From NCBI RefSeq assembly GCF_963921235.1, contig NC_086097.1:240438001-240502000 (forward strand): a DNA stretch of 64,000 nucleotides. The letters are read 5' to 3'. Origin of the DNA: Mobula hypostoma. Taxonomy: Eukaryota. The position numbers and the translations under genes were made by a program. The notes under the pieces were generated by a model. That model was not told the origin of the DNA, did no database searches, and saw only the letters and a list, made by a program, of their open reading frames with translations. Below, piece after piece: positions 48,463-61,996 of the stretch; position 1 is the first letter of the stretch, and the number at the start of each line of letters is the position of its first letter.

Positions 48463-51324
48463 ATAAGGAATAAGGTGGATGATCTTGTCGTACAGCTACA
48501 GATTGGCAGGTATGATATTGTGGCCATCACTGAGACCTGGCTAAAGGATGCATGTCTCTGGCAGCTGAGCGTCCAAGGATATACGGTGTATCGGAAGGAT
48601 AGGAAGGTAGGCAGAGGGGGTGGCGTGGCTTCATTGGTAAGAAATGATATTAAATCATTAGAAAGAGGTGATATAGAATCAGAAGGTGCAGAAATTTAAA
48701 GGTTGAGCTAAGAAATCGCAGGTGTAAAAAGACCCTGATGGCAGTTATATACAGGCCTCCTAACAGCTGTAGTGATGCAGATTGCAAATTACAAAATGCT
48801 TGTCACAAGGGCAGTGTTATGATAATTGTGGGGGATTTTAACATGTGAGTGGATTGGGAAAATCAGGTCAGCACTGGATCTCAAAAGAGAGAATTTGCAA
48901 AATGTCTGCGAGATGGCTTTTTAGAACAGCTTGTTGTTGAGCCCACTAGGGGATCGGCTGTATTGGATTGGGTATTGTGTAATGAACCAGAGGTGACTAG
49001 AGAGCTTGAGGTGAAGGAACCCTTGGGGGGCAGTGATCAGAACATGATTGAGTTCACTGTGAGGTTTGAGAAAGAGAAGCCGAAATCCGATGTGTCAGTA
49101 TTTCAGTGGAGTAAAGGAAATTACAGTGGCATGAGAGAGGAACTGGCCAAAGGTGACTGGAAAGAGACACTGGCGGGAAAGACGGCAGAGCAGCAGTGGC
49201 TGGAGTTTATGCGAGAAGTGAGGAAGGTGTGAAACAGGTATATTCCAAAAAGAAGGAATTTTCGAATGGAAAATGGATGCAACCGTGGCTGACAAGAGAA
49301 GTCAAAGCCAAACTTAAAGCAAAAGAGAGGGCATACAAGGAAGCAAAAATTAGTGGGAAGACAGAGGACTGAGAAGTTTTTAAAAGCTTACAAAAGGCAA
49401 CTAAGGTCATTAAGAGAGAAAAGATGAACTATGAAAAGAAGATAGCAAATAATATCAAAGAGGATACTAAAAGCATTTTCAGGTATATAAAGAGTAAAAG
49501 ACGGGTGAGAGTAGATATAGGACCGATAGAAAATGACGCTGGAGAAATTGTAACGGGAGATAAGGAGATGGCGGAGGAACTGAACGAGTGTTTTGCATCA
49601 GTCTTCACTGAGGAAGATATCAGCAGTATACCGGACACTCAAGGGTGTCAGGGAAGAGAAGTGTGCGCAGTCACAATTACGACAGAGCAAGTACTCAGGA
49701 AGCTGAATAGGCTAAGGGTAGATAAATCTCCCGGACCAGATGGAATGCACCCTCGTGTTCTGAAGGAAGTATCTGTGGAGATTGTGGAGGCATTAGCAAT
49801 GATATTTCAAAAGTCAATAGATTCTGGCATGGCTCCGGAGGACTGGAAGATTGCAAATATCACTCCGCTACTTAAGAAGGGGGCAAGGAAGCAAAAAAGA
49901 AATTATTGACCTGTTAGCTTGACAACGGTGGTTGGGAAGTTGTTGGAGTCGATTGTCAAGCATGAGGTCACAGAGTACCTGGAGGCATATGACAAGATAG
50001 GCAGAACTCAGCATGGATTCCTTAAAGGAAAATCCTGCCTGACAAACCTATTACAATTTTTTGAGGAAATTCCAAGTACGTTAGACAAGGGAGATGCAGT
50101 GGATGTTGTATATTTGGATTTTCAGAAGGCGTTTGACAAGGTGCCACTCATGAGGCTGCTTAACAAGATAAGAGCCCATGGAATTACGGGAAAGTTACAT
50201 ACGTGGATAGAGCATTGGCTGATTGGCAGGAAACAGAGAGTGGGAATAAAGGGATCCTATTCTGGTTGGCTGCCGGTTACCAGTGGTGTTCCACAGGGGT
50301 CCATGTTGGGGCCGCTTCTTTTTACATTGTATATCAACAATTTGGATTATGGAATGGATAACTTTGTGACTAAGTTTGCTGATGATACAAAGATAGGTGG
50401 AGCAGCCAGTAGTGCTGAGGAAACAGAGAGTCTGCAGAGAGACTTGGATAGATTGGGAGAATGGTCAAAGAAGTGGCAAATGAAATACAATGTTGGAAAG
50501 TGTACGGTTATGCACTTTGGCAGAAGAAATAAAATGGCAGACTATTATTTAAATGGGGAGAGATTTCAAAGTTCTGAGATGCAACGGGAATTGGGAGTCC
50601 TCGTGCAGGATACCCTTAAGGTTAACCTCCAGGTTGAGTCGCTGGTGAAGAAGGCGAATGCAATGTTGGCATTCATTTCTAGAGGAATAGAGTATAGGAG
50701 CAGGGATGTGATGTTGAGGCTCTATAAGGCGCTGGTGAGACCTCTCTGGGAGTACTGTGAGCAGTTTTGGTCTCCTTATTTAAGAAAGGATGTGCTGACA
50801 TTGGAGAGGGTACAGAGAAGATTCACTAGAATGATTCCGGGAATGAGAGGGTTAACATATGAGGAACGTTTGTCCGCTCTTGGACTGTATTCCTTGGAGT
50901 TTAGAAGAATGAGGGGACACCTCATAGAAATATTTTGAATGTTGAAAGGCATGGACAGAGTGGATGTGGCAAAGTTGTTTCCCATGATGGGGGAGTCTAG
51001 TACGAGAGGGCATGACTTAAAGATTGAAGGGCGCCCTTTCAGAAGAGAAATGCGGAGAAATTTTTTTTAGCCAGAGTGTGGTGAATCTATGGAATTTGTT
51101 GCCACGGGCAGCAGTGGAGGCCAAGTCATTGGGTGTATTTAGGGAAGAGATTGATAAGTATCTGAGTAGCCAGGGCATCAAAGGTTATGGTGAGAAGGCG
51201 GGGGAGTGGAACTAAATGGGCCAATGGATCAGCTCATGATAAAATGGCGGAGCAGACTCGATGGGCTGAATGGCCAACTGCTGCTCCTCTGTTTTACGGT
51301 CTTATGGTCTCATACAACCTCACC

Positions 51325-53020
51325 GTGGCATCCCATCTACCTGTGACACTACTTTTAGGGAATTTTGTATCTGTGTTCACAGATCCCTCTGTTCTACTGC
51401 ACTCCTCAGTGCCCTACTATTTACTTTTTATGTTCTACCTTGATTTGTCCTTCCAAAGTGCAATACCTCACACTTGTCTGTATTAAACTCCATCTGCCAT
51501 TTTTCAGTCCATTTTTCCAGCTGGTCCAAATCCCTCTGCAAGCTTTGAAAACCTTCCTCACTGTCCTCTACTCCTCCATTTTTGGTATCATCAGAAAATT
51601 TGCCGATCCAATTTACCACATTATCATCCAGATTATTGATATAGATGACAAATAACAGTGGACCCAGCACTGATCCCTGTGGCACACCACTAGTCACAGG
51701 CCTCCACTCAGAGAAGCAATCCTCCACTACCACTCTCTGTCTTCTTCCATCGAGCCAATGTCCAATCCAATTTACTACCTCACCATGTACACCTAGCGAC
51801 TGAATCTTCCTAACTAACCTCCCATGCGGGACCTTGTCAAAGGCCTTACTGAAGTCCATATAGACAACATCCACTGCCTTCCCTTCATCCACTTTCCTAG
51901 CAACCTCCTCGAAAAACTCTAATAGATTTGTTAAACATAACCTACTAAGCACAAAGCCATGTTGACTCTCCCTAATATGTCCCTGTCTATCCAAATACTT
52001 GTAGATCCTATCTCTTAGTAATTCTTCCAATAATTTACCTATTGCCGATGTCAAATTTACTGGCCTATAATTTCCTGGATTATTTTTTAAGCCTTTTTTA
52101 AACAAGGGAAAAACATGAGCCACTCTCCAATCCTCCAGCACTTCACCTGTGGATAACATTTTAAATATATCTGCCAGCGCCCCTGCAATTTCAACACTAG
52201 TCTCCTTCAAGGTCTAAGGGAATACCCTGTCAGGTCCTGGGGATTTATTTACTCTGATTTGCCTCAAGATAGCAAGCATCTCCTCCTCTTCAATTTGTAT
52301 AGGTTCCATAACCTCACCACTTGTTTGCCTTATTTCTATTGACTCCATGCCAATTTCCTTAGTAAATACAGATGCAAAAAACCTATTTAAGATCACCCCC
52401 ATTTCTTTTGGTTCCATACATAGCCGACCACTCTGATCTGCAGGAGGACCTGACTATCCTTTTGCTCTTAATATACCTGTGGAAGCTCTTTGGATTATCC
52501 TTCACCTTGACTGCCAAAGCAACCTTATGTCTTCTTTTAGCCCTCCTGATTTCTTTCTTAAGTTTTTTTTGCACTTTTTATATTCCTCAAGCACCTTATT
52601 TGCTCCCTGTTTCCTACACATGCATCTCTCCCTTTCTCTTAATCAGAGTTCCAATATCCCTCGAGAACCAAAGTTCCTTACTCTTCCACACTTTGCCTTT
52701 AATCCTGACAGGAACATACAAACTCTGCATTCTCAAAATTTCTCTTTTGAAGGCCTTCCACTTACCCATCATATCCTTGCCAGAGAACAACCTATCCCAA
52801 TCCACGCTTTTTAGATCCTTGCTCATTTCTTCAAATTTAGCCTTTTTCCAGTTTAGAACCTGAACCCGAGGACCAGATCTATCTTTATCCATGATCAAGT
52901 TGAAACTAATGGTGTTATGATCACTGGAACCAAAGTGTTCCCCTACACACACATCCGTCACCTGTCCTAACTCGTTTCCTAATAGGAGATCTAATATTGC
53001 ATCCTCTCTCATTGGTACTG
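51325..53020 (-). mobile_element. CR1 ORF2 internal fragment
   Basis: REDAILDLLLGN...SSDHN; KSPGPD; NYRPVNLTS...YMDFSKAFD...GVPQGS...KFSDDTK. Confidence 0.85.
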
Positions 53021-53024
53021 CTAC

Positions 53025-53200
53025 ATACCCTTTAAACATTTCCCCCTTCACCCTTAACCCATGTCTTCTGTTTTTTTTTTCTCCCCTAGCCTCAGTGGAA
53101 AAAGCCTGCTTGCATTCACTCTATCTATACTTATCATAATTTTATATACCTCTATCAAATCTCCCCTCATTTTTCTATGCTCCAGGGAATAAAGTCCCTT
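53025..53200 (-). mobile_element. Short CR1 3'-region fragment fused to the preceding copy
   Basis: Reverse complement of about 11485-11655. Confidence 0.7.
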
Positions 53201-56200
53201 CAACCTTTTGATTCTTGGAAATTCCCACTAATTGCAGTTGTAACTCAACCTAAGATTATTGAGCAATAACTCTGAAACAGATTTTAAAATAATGCATTTG
53301 CTGACCTAAAATTAAAATGGAAAATTCTGGAAACATTTTCAGTAAAATGCTGGTAAGATGGTCGCGTGTTTGGTACAGTTGCCTCTCCAGGACCAACCTA
53401 AAGTGTCTTTGTCTTTTTTTAAATATCTCTTTTGCAATTGTAAGACAATGCTGGACAATGAGAGCTTAAAGTACTGCAGGTCTACCCTGTCAGCGAGCAG
53501 GACTTCTGCAGACTATGTTACTGCCTGCTGCAGAAAAGATTTGGAGTCAGTGTGAAAAGACAGTGTGCAGTCTAACAGCGAGTGATCACCTTGGACAATT
53601 CTCTTGTGATCACAGGACTGTATTGGACATTGGCAATGTAAAATACTGCAAATCCATTTCACTTGCTATTGGTGAGACAGGCAGCGAGGGAGCTGCGTGG
53701 CCTCGGTTATAGCGCGGACTGGGCCTCAAGCCGCAGGCTAGCCTGTTGCAGCGGCCCAGGAGAGAAGATGTCAGAGGCAGTGCAGCAGGGTGTCTGTGCT
53801 GGCTAGGGGGCAGGCCCCTTCCATCAGTGCTGCCCTTCATTGCTCGCTCAAGGGAAGACCAGCTGGATTGCACGTTTGTGTGCATGGATCTGTTTGCGGA
53901 CTGCTGAGAACTGCTTGTTCTTGCTGGTTACACCCATGCACCATCAATTTACCAGATATGTCACTCAGTCACACATTTCACTGTGACTGTATGTTTACAT
54001 GCTATCTTATAGAGCCTCAATATCTCATCCCTGATCTATATTCTATACCTCTCGAAATGAATGCAAACATTGCATTTGCCCTCTTCACAACAGACTCAAC
54101 CTGGTGGTTAACCTTTAGGACTCCCAAGTCCCTTTGCATCTCTACATTTTGAATTCTCTCCCCATCTAAATAATAGTCTGCCTGTTTATTTCTTCCACCA
54201 AGGTGCATGGCCATGCATTTTCCAACATTGTGTTTAATTTGCTACTTCTTTGCCTATTCTCCTAAACTATCTAAGTCTCTCTGCAGGCTCTCTGTTTCCT
54301 CAACACTACCCTCTCTTCCACCTATCTTTGTATCCTCTGCAAATTTAGCCACAAATCCATTAATCCCATAGTCTAAATCATTGACAAACACCTTAAAAAG
54401 CAGTGGTCCCAACACCATCTCCTGTGGAACTCCACTGGTAACTGGCAGCCAGCCAGAATAGGATCCCTTTATTCCCACTCTCTGTTTTCTGCCGACCAGC
54501 CAAAGCTCCACTCACAGTAGTAACATCCCTGTAATTCCATGGGCTCCTATCTTGCCAAGCAGCCTCATGTGCAGCACCTTGTCAAAGGCCTTCCAAAAGT
54601 CCAAGTACACCACATCTACTGCATCTCCTTTGTCAATCCTGCTTGTAATTTTCTCAAAGAATTACAGTAGGTTTGTCAGGTAGGTGTTTCCTTTCAGGAA
54701 ACCATGCTGGCTTTGGCCAGTCTTGTCATGTGACTCCAGGTACTCTGTAATCTCATCCCTACCAATTGACTCCAACAACTTCCTAACTACTGATGTCAGG
54801 CTAACAGGTCTATAAATTCCTTTCTGCTGCCTCCCACCCTTCTTAAATAGTGGAGTAACATTTGCAATTTTCCATTCACCTGGTACAATGTCAGAATCTC
54901 TTGATTCTTGACAGAACATCGTTAATTCCCCTGCAATCTCTCCAGCTACTTCCATCAGAACTCGAGGGTGCATTCCATCAGGTCCAGGAGATTTATCCAC
55001 CCTCAGACCATTAAGCTTCCTGAGCACTTTCTCAGTCGTAATTTTTGCTACACAAACTTCACTTCCCTGACACTGTTGAATGTCCGGTATACTGCAGACG
55101 TCTTCCACTGTGAAGACTGAGGCAAAATACGTATTCAGTTCCTCTGCCATCTCTGCATTTCTCATTACAATATCTCCAGTGTCTTTTTGTATTGGTTCTA
55201 TATCTACCCTTGACTCTCTTTTACCCTTTATGTACTTAAAAAAGCTTTCAGTATCTTCTTTGATATTAGTCACCAGCTTCCTCTTATAATTCACCTTTTC
55301 CTTCTGAATGACCTTCTTAGTTTCCTTCTGCAAGCTTTTAAAAGCTCCCCAATCCTCTATCTTCCCACTCGCTTTGGCTTCCTTGTATGCCCTCTCTTTT
55401 GCTTTTACTCTGGCTCTGACTTCACTTGTCAGCCACGGTAGTGTCCTCCTTCAATTGAAAAATTTCTTATTTGGAATATATCTGTCTTGCACTTCCCTCA
55501 TTTTTTCACAGAAACTCCAGCCATTGCTGCTCTGCTGTCCTTCCTGCAAATGTCCCTTTCCAGTCAACTTCGGCCAGTTCCCCTCTCATGCCTTTGTAAT
55601 TTCCTTTATTCCACTGAAATAACAACACATTGGAATTTAGTTTCTCCTCCTCAAATTTCAAAGTGAACTGGATCATATTGTGTTCACTCTTATCTAAGGG
55701 TTCATTAACTTTAAACTCTCTTATCACCTCCAGGTCATTACACAACACCCAGTCCAGCACAGCTGATCCCATAGTGGGCTCAACAACAAGCTGTTCCAAA
55801 AATCCATCCCTTAGACATTCTACAAATTCTCTCTCTTGAGGTCCAGTACTGGCCTAGTTTTCCCAATCCACTTTCATGTTAAAATCCCCAATGATTATCA
55901 TGACATTGCCCTTCTGACACGCCTTTTCCACCTCCTGCTGTAATTTGTAATCCACATCCAGGCTGCTGTTTGGAGGCCTGTATACAACTGCCAGTAGGGT
56001 CCTTTTTCACTTGCTATTTCATAATTCAACCCATAGAGACTCTACAGCTATGTCATTGCTTTTGAATGATTTAATATTACTTCTTATACAGAGAGCCACA
56101 CCACCCCCTCTGCGTACTAACCTATCTTTCTGATATACCATACATCCTTGGATGTTCAGCTCCCTATGGCCGCCATCCTTTAGCCAAGTTTCCGAGATGG

Positions 56201-56594
56201 CCACAACTTCATATGTGCCAATCTGTAGCTGAATTTCAATAGCGTCCATTTCATTCCTTTTTCTACATACTTTCAAATACAACACTCTCAGTCCAGTATT
56301 TGTTGCTTTCTGTTTTAACTACACCACGCCCTGTAACTCATGCTACTGGTTTTGATTAAACTTCATCTCCTGCCTGTTCTTTCTATAATTTCTGTTGCAT
56401 GCTAACTTTGATTTATTTCTCTTTTCCCCTTCCTCAGCCCTATCACTCCAGTTCCCATCCCCCTGCCAAATTAGTTTGTACCCTCCCTAAAAGCTCTATT
56501 AAATCTGCCCGCTAGAATATTGGACCTCTTTGTGTTCAGGTGTAACGCATCCTTTTAATACAGGTTGTACTTTCCTTAGAAGAGGCCCCAATGA

Positions 56595-58309
56595 CTTCAG
56601 AAGGAGTAGCAGATCGCATGACCCCATTTACATTCCTGGTGCGCATGTGGAACAGCTCAAAAGCTTTAAGTTCCTTGGGGTGAATATCACAAATGACCTG
56701 ACTTGGTCCAACCAAGCGGAGTCCACTGCCAGGAAGGCACACCAGCGCCTTTACTTCCTGAGAAAGCTGAACAAATTGGACCTGTCCCCTAAAACCCTCA
56801 ATAATTTTTATAGATGCACCGTAGAAAGCTTTTTTTCTAGGGTGCATCACAACCTGGTATGGAAGTTATCCTGTCCAAGACTGGAAGAAGCTGCAGAAGA
56901 TTGGTAATTGGTAATTATTAATTATTGGTTAATTGGTAATTGGTAATCGTTATGAGAATACAGGGTGACTTGGACAGGTTGGGTGAGTGAGCAGATGCGT
57001 GGCAGATGCAGTTTAATGTGGATAAATGTGAGGTTATCCACTTTGGTGGCAAGAACAGGAAGGCAGATTACTATCTGAAAGGTGTCAAGTTAGGAAAAGG
57101 GGAAGTACAATGAGATCTGGGTGTCCTTGTTCATCAGTCACTGAAAGTAAGCATGCAGGTACAGCAGGCACTGAAGAAAGCTAGTGGTATGTTGTCCTTC
57201 ATAACAAGGGGAGTTGAGTATAGGAGCAAAGAGGTCCTTCTGCAGTTGTACAGGGCCCTGGTGAGACCACACCTGGTAGTATTGTGTACAGTTTTGGTCT
57301 CCAAATTTGAGGAAGGACATTCTAGCTATTGAGCGAGTGCAGCCTAGGTTCACGAGGTTAATTCCTGGGATGGCGGGACTGTCATATATTGAAAGATTGG
57401 AGCGAATGGACTTGAAAACACTGGAATTTACAAGGATGACAGGGGATCTGATTGAAACATGTAAGATTATTAAGGGATTGGATATGTTAGAGGCAGGAAA
57501 CACATTTCCCGGTGTTGGGGGAGTCCAGAAACAGAGGCCACAGTTTAAGAATAAGGGGTAGACCATTTAGAAAGGAGTTGAGGAAAAACTTATTCACACA
57601 GAGGGTTGTGGTTCTGTGGAATGCTCTGCCCCAGAAGGCAGTGGAGGCTAATTCTCTGGATTCTTTCAAGAAAGAGTTAGATAGAGCTCTTAAAGATAGC
57701 GGAGTAAAGGGATATGGGGAGAAGGCAGGAAGTGGATACTGATTGTGGATGATCAGCCATGATCACAGTGAATGGTGGTGCTGGCTCAAAGGGCTGAATG
57801 GCCTACTCTTGCACCTATTGTCTATTGTCTATTGTCTATAAGATCGTGAACACAGCCCAGCACATTACACAAACCAATCTTCTGTCCTTGGACTCACTTT
57901 ACACCACACGCTGTCGGAGCAGTGCTGCCAGGATAATCAAGGACATGACCCACCCAGCCAACACACTTTTCATCCCTCTTCCCTCCGGGAGAAGGCTCAG
58001 GAGCTTGAAGACTCGTATGGCCAGATTTGGGAACAGCTTCTTTCCAACTGTGATAAGACTGCTGAACGGATCCTGACCCGGATCTGGGCCATACCCTCCA
58101 AATATCTGGACCTGCCTCTCGGTTTTTTTTTGCACTACCTTACTTTCCATTTTTCTATTTTCTATTTATGATTTATAATTTAAATTTTTAATATTTACTG
58201 TCGATTTGTACTCCAGGGAGCGCAAAGCGCAGAATCAAATATCGCTGTGATGATTGTACGCTCTAGTATCAATTGTTTGGCAACAATAAAGTATAAAGCA
58301 TAAAGTATA
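56595..58309 (+). mobile_element. Rex/Babar-type 3' fragment, itself split by a CR1
   Basis: FKFLGVNITNDLTWS...KAHQRLYFLRKL...FYRCTVES; resumes KIVNTAQHIT...LPSGRRLRS; (taaagta) tail. Confidence 0.8.
56948..57839 (+). mobile_element. CR1 3' fragment
   Basis: RKDILAIERVQPRFTRLIPGM..., (tctattg)n tail, AAGAT duplicated at 56897-56901 and 57840-57844. Confidence 0.85.
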
Positions 58310-61300
58310 ATCCAGGAATCTAAAGCCCTGCCCCCTTCAACAGTCTCTCAGCCACACATTAATATGCCTGATCGTACTATTCTTGCACTCGCTGGCACGT
58401 GGCACAGGCAGCAATCCTGAGATTACTACCCTAGAGGTCCTACTTTTCAGCTTCCTACCTAACTCCCTGAATTGTCTCTTCAGGACCTCCTCCCTTTTTC
58501 TACCTATGTCATTGGTACCAACGTGTACCAAGACTTCTGGCTGTTCACCCTCTCCCTTCAGAATACCCTGCACCCAATCCGAGACATCCCGTACCCTGGC
58601 ACCTGCGAGGCAACAGACCATGCGGGTATCTCTATCAGGCTGACAGAACCTCCTGTCTGTTCCCCTCCCTATGGAATCCCCTATGACTACCGCATTCCTT
58701 ATCTTCTTCTTTCCCTTCTGCACCATGGAAGCAGGATCAATGACAGAGACCCGATCGCCGTGGTCATCCTCTGTCAGGTCATCCCCCTCAACTGCAAACA
58801 AAACAAGATAACGATTACTGAGGGGGATGGCCACAGGGGTGCTCTCTACTATCTGAGCTCTTTCCCTTGCTTCCCTGACCATCACCCACTTATCTAACTC
58901 CTGCAGCCTTGGGGTGACTGACTCCCTGTAGCTCCTCTCTGTCTCCTGTTCACTCTCCCTAATAAGCTGTAGGTCATCGAGCCGCAGCTCCAGATCCCTA
59001 CCATGGTCTCTCACAAGATGCATCTCGTTGCAGCTGGTGCAGATGTGGCCATCCTGAAAGATCCCCAGGACTCCCACACCCAACACCCAGAGCAAAATAC
59101 TAACCCTACCAACATGCTCGCTTTTCCTCAAAAAAAAATTCAAAGAAAAACCAAAAACGAAGTCCACTTACCCACTTACCTCGCCGAAGCCGGAATGTGC
59201 AAAAGCCTGTCACTTCTACTCTCATATCTGGCCTACTCCCAACAATGGTCACTCCACTTATTCCTTCTGTACTTTTATTTAGTTCATCGAGCTCATTTGC
59301 CACCGCTGAAAGGCCCCGCACAATGGATTGACGCCCGTGAAGCGACAGTTCAGCGCAGTGCAGCTGCAAGTTGGACTGGCCTATCCATCATCTTCGGCCA
59401 TGACACCCTGACTATTTCAATCTGGCCCAATACTTAAATTGTTCAAACCTCCAGTCATTCCTTGCACTTGGCCCTGGGCTATGTCTCTTTGATATGCTCT
59501 GAGGCCCTGCTATCTCAATATCCACTATACCTGATCTTTCCAATTCAGCTTGGCACTTAAATCAATCGAACCTTGGGGCTTTCCTTGGTTTCAGGGGGCT
59601 CTGCCTTGCCTCAGACCTGCTGCATCGAATTATCTCCAAGTCCGCTCCATCGGCTCATTCCCTGTTCTCCAGCCTGGATATGCCAAAACTGTTTTGTTCC
59701 TCCAAGACTTCAGTTCACACTGCAAAAATGCAGATCATGCAAGTGTTTCAAGAGCCCAGTTTGGACTGGGAAGTTACTGGCTATTCTTGCAGTGATCACT
59801 TACCAGAAAAAGTCTGATTAATAAAGTACTTTGTTGTCTTCTTTGTTTTGTTTCTTTTATGACCTTCACCAGCATTATCTTAAACTGGAACACATATATG
59901 TGTTATATGTGCCTTATGCTGTATATGACTGTTGGTACTGTGTTTTGTACCTTGGAGGAACACTGTTTCGTTTGGCTGTATTCATGAGAATACAAGTACG
60001 GTTGAATGTCAATTAAATTTGAACATGAACTGTCTTCCATATGAAACAGTAACTCTTTTTATCTTTCCACAGATGCTGCCTGAACTGCTGAATGTTTCTA
60101 GAATTTTCTGTTCTTATTTTACTCTCTCAGACCTTTACCTATGGATCTTCATGCTGCACAAAAGTCTATGTAAAGTACTAAAAATCTTTGAAACTGAAAA
60201 TAATGTTTCAGAAACTAATTGCTTACCATACAGAAGCAAAATGGTTAAAGTCTTACAAAACTGGATAAGGACTGTATGTTTGGGAACAGATGGTTTTAAG
60301 AGATTGTGGCTAAAACAGATATCAGAAGAATTTTTTTGCTGAACTGTGAAAATGAAGTTCCATATTAACTCAGAAATGTTTATATCAGAAGAGCCCTGTT
60401 GCCAAAGTTCTGTACAGATGAAAAGAACAGTTTTGCTTGTATGATGTTGGTAACTTTTAGACTATTAGAGGTCATGAGTTAAGGGTGAAAGGTGAAAAGT
60501 TTAAGGGAACATGAGGGGAAACTTCTTCACTTAGAGGGTCCTAAGATTGAGAATCAAGTAAGCAGTATTACCTAACTCCCCCCCTGGCTAGTCAGTCCAC
60601 TAAGAATGCCAACTCAAACAGAATGAACAATATTCCCATTTTGGCCTCTTGTCACCCTGTATAAAGTACAGTAAAGTCTTCTTCTGCTCATTGCTTTCTG
60701 AGAAGTGTAGACAGGGTATGTGTGAGATGAGGGTCAAATGGGGCTTGACCTGGTGGGCTTTCACTTCTCCTGTAGTCCCTATTGTGTCTGGATTGCAGAG
60801 TTTGTCACAGCACAGAATACAAGGACATGAATTTACACCAGGCAAGGTCAAGATGTGAATAGAAGGCTTTGTTGGTTACAGCATTGATTGGTCTTGGTAG
60901 TGTTGGCTGTGGAGTCAAATGCAGAAATGATTTCTCGGTTGTGTTGGATGGTGAACTATGTGAAATGTCCAGGTAACCCTGACACGGCCATGTGGACTAC
61001 TGGAGTGTACTAATGGCATGTGTCAACTCCCATATCCTTGTAATTGTACCAAGAGGCACTACAGCCTGAACCTGTTCCTTTTTTCATTCAAATTCATTGT
61101 CTCATTAAGAAGTCTCACCATCAGGTACATAGCTACTGTAACCAGGTGACCATTGAATATCCTTCTTTTATTGTTAAAGTGTGCTTTTAGATTGGCGACT
61201 AGATCAGCCTTTTTACTAATTCAACTACAAGGTAATATATTTTAAAAGTTTATTTGTCTTTCTTTATTGTTTCATAACTGGATGTGAATGTAACAGAGTA

Positions 61301-61996
61301 ACGTGAATGTGTTAATCTCTGTTTCTCATTTCAAGGTCTAGCCTATATGTGTTTGGAAGTTAAGCACGTGTCTGCCACATGTGAGTATATCTCTTAGTTA
61401 AGATGAGATGTATTTATTCATATTTTTGATGTTGTGTATAAGGTACAGGGCTGGTGGGATTCTAACATTGTATTTTTTTTAGAATCGCCACTACTCTATT
61501 GGTTTTGTATATTTTGTTTGTTATTTTCATACTGCATACATAACAAGGGTATGGTCCGTAGTAAAGCTGAGATTATTATAGCAGGAATTTTTTTTCCATT
61601 TATTTTGTCATTTTTCTTTTAAAACCCTTTTCCTGCAATAAAACTTCTAAAACTGATAAAGGAATTTAAGACCCAAGAAAGTATTTGTTGTCCTGCGAGT
61701 GTATCTTTCCCCAGGCTACATTACCAATCAGAGTGGAGGAAGAGGCATACAATGTTTCTTCCCCTCTGTAATCAGATTTCTGAACAGTCCATGTAGCCAT
61801 GAACAATATCTTGTTATTCCTCTCTTGCATTGTTTTTTAAAAATTTATTTCGTCATTTTTATTCCTTGCGCTGCACAGCTGCCAGAAAACAATAAATTTC
61901 ACAATCTGCATAAGTCAGTGATAGTAAACTTGCTTTAGATTCTGTTTCTGAATTATACCAACAAAGCAGGTATGCAAATAGTTGTAAATATTGAAA

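Larger units (their letters stand above)
45982..51312 (+). mobile_element. CR1 LINE (end of ORF1 plus whole ORF2), interrupted twice
   Basis: End of ORF1 at 45982-46036. ORF2 reads GLKVLYLNA|..IRNKVDDL, AITETWL, KSPGPDG, YLDFQKAFD, GVPQGS, FADD. Tail 'ttacggtcttatggtct'. Confidence 0.9.
54015..59200 (-). mobile_element. Long degenerate CR1 (ORF1 plus ORF2), interrupted at 56595-58309
   Basis: ORF1 esterase VVIGDSIGRG / VHVGTNDIG (58337-59060) rejoins as 'ttcctgga|tcattggggcc'. ORF2 has AISETWL, KSPGPDG, GVPQ, KFAEDTK. Confidence 0.85.

Noticed and set aside
5827..57840. Short tandem arrays such as (catagaa)n, (tatgac)n and (tctattg)n as CRISPR-like or satellite repeats
   Set aside because: They are microsatellite 3' tails of CR1/Rex LINEs. 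There are no spacers or cas genes, and the context is eukaryotic.
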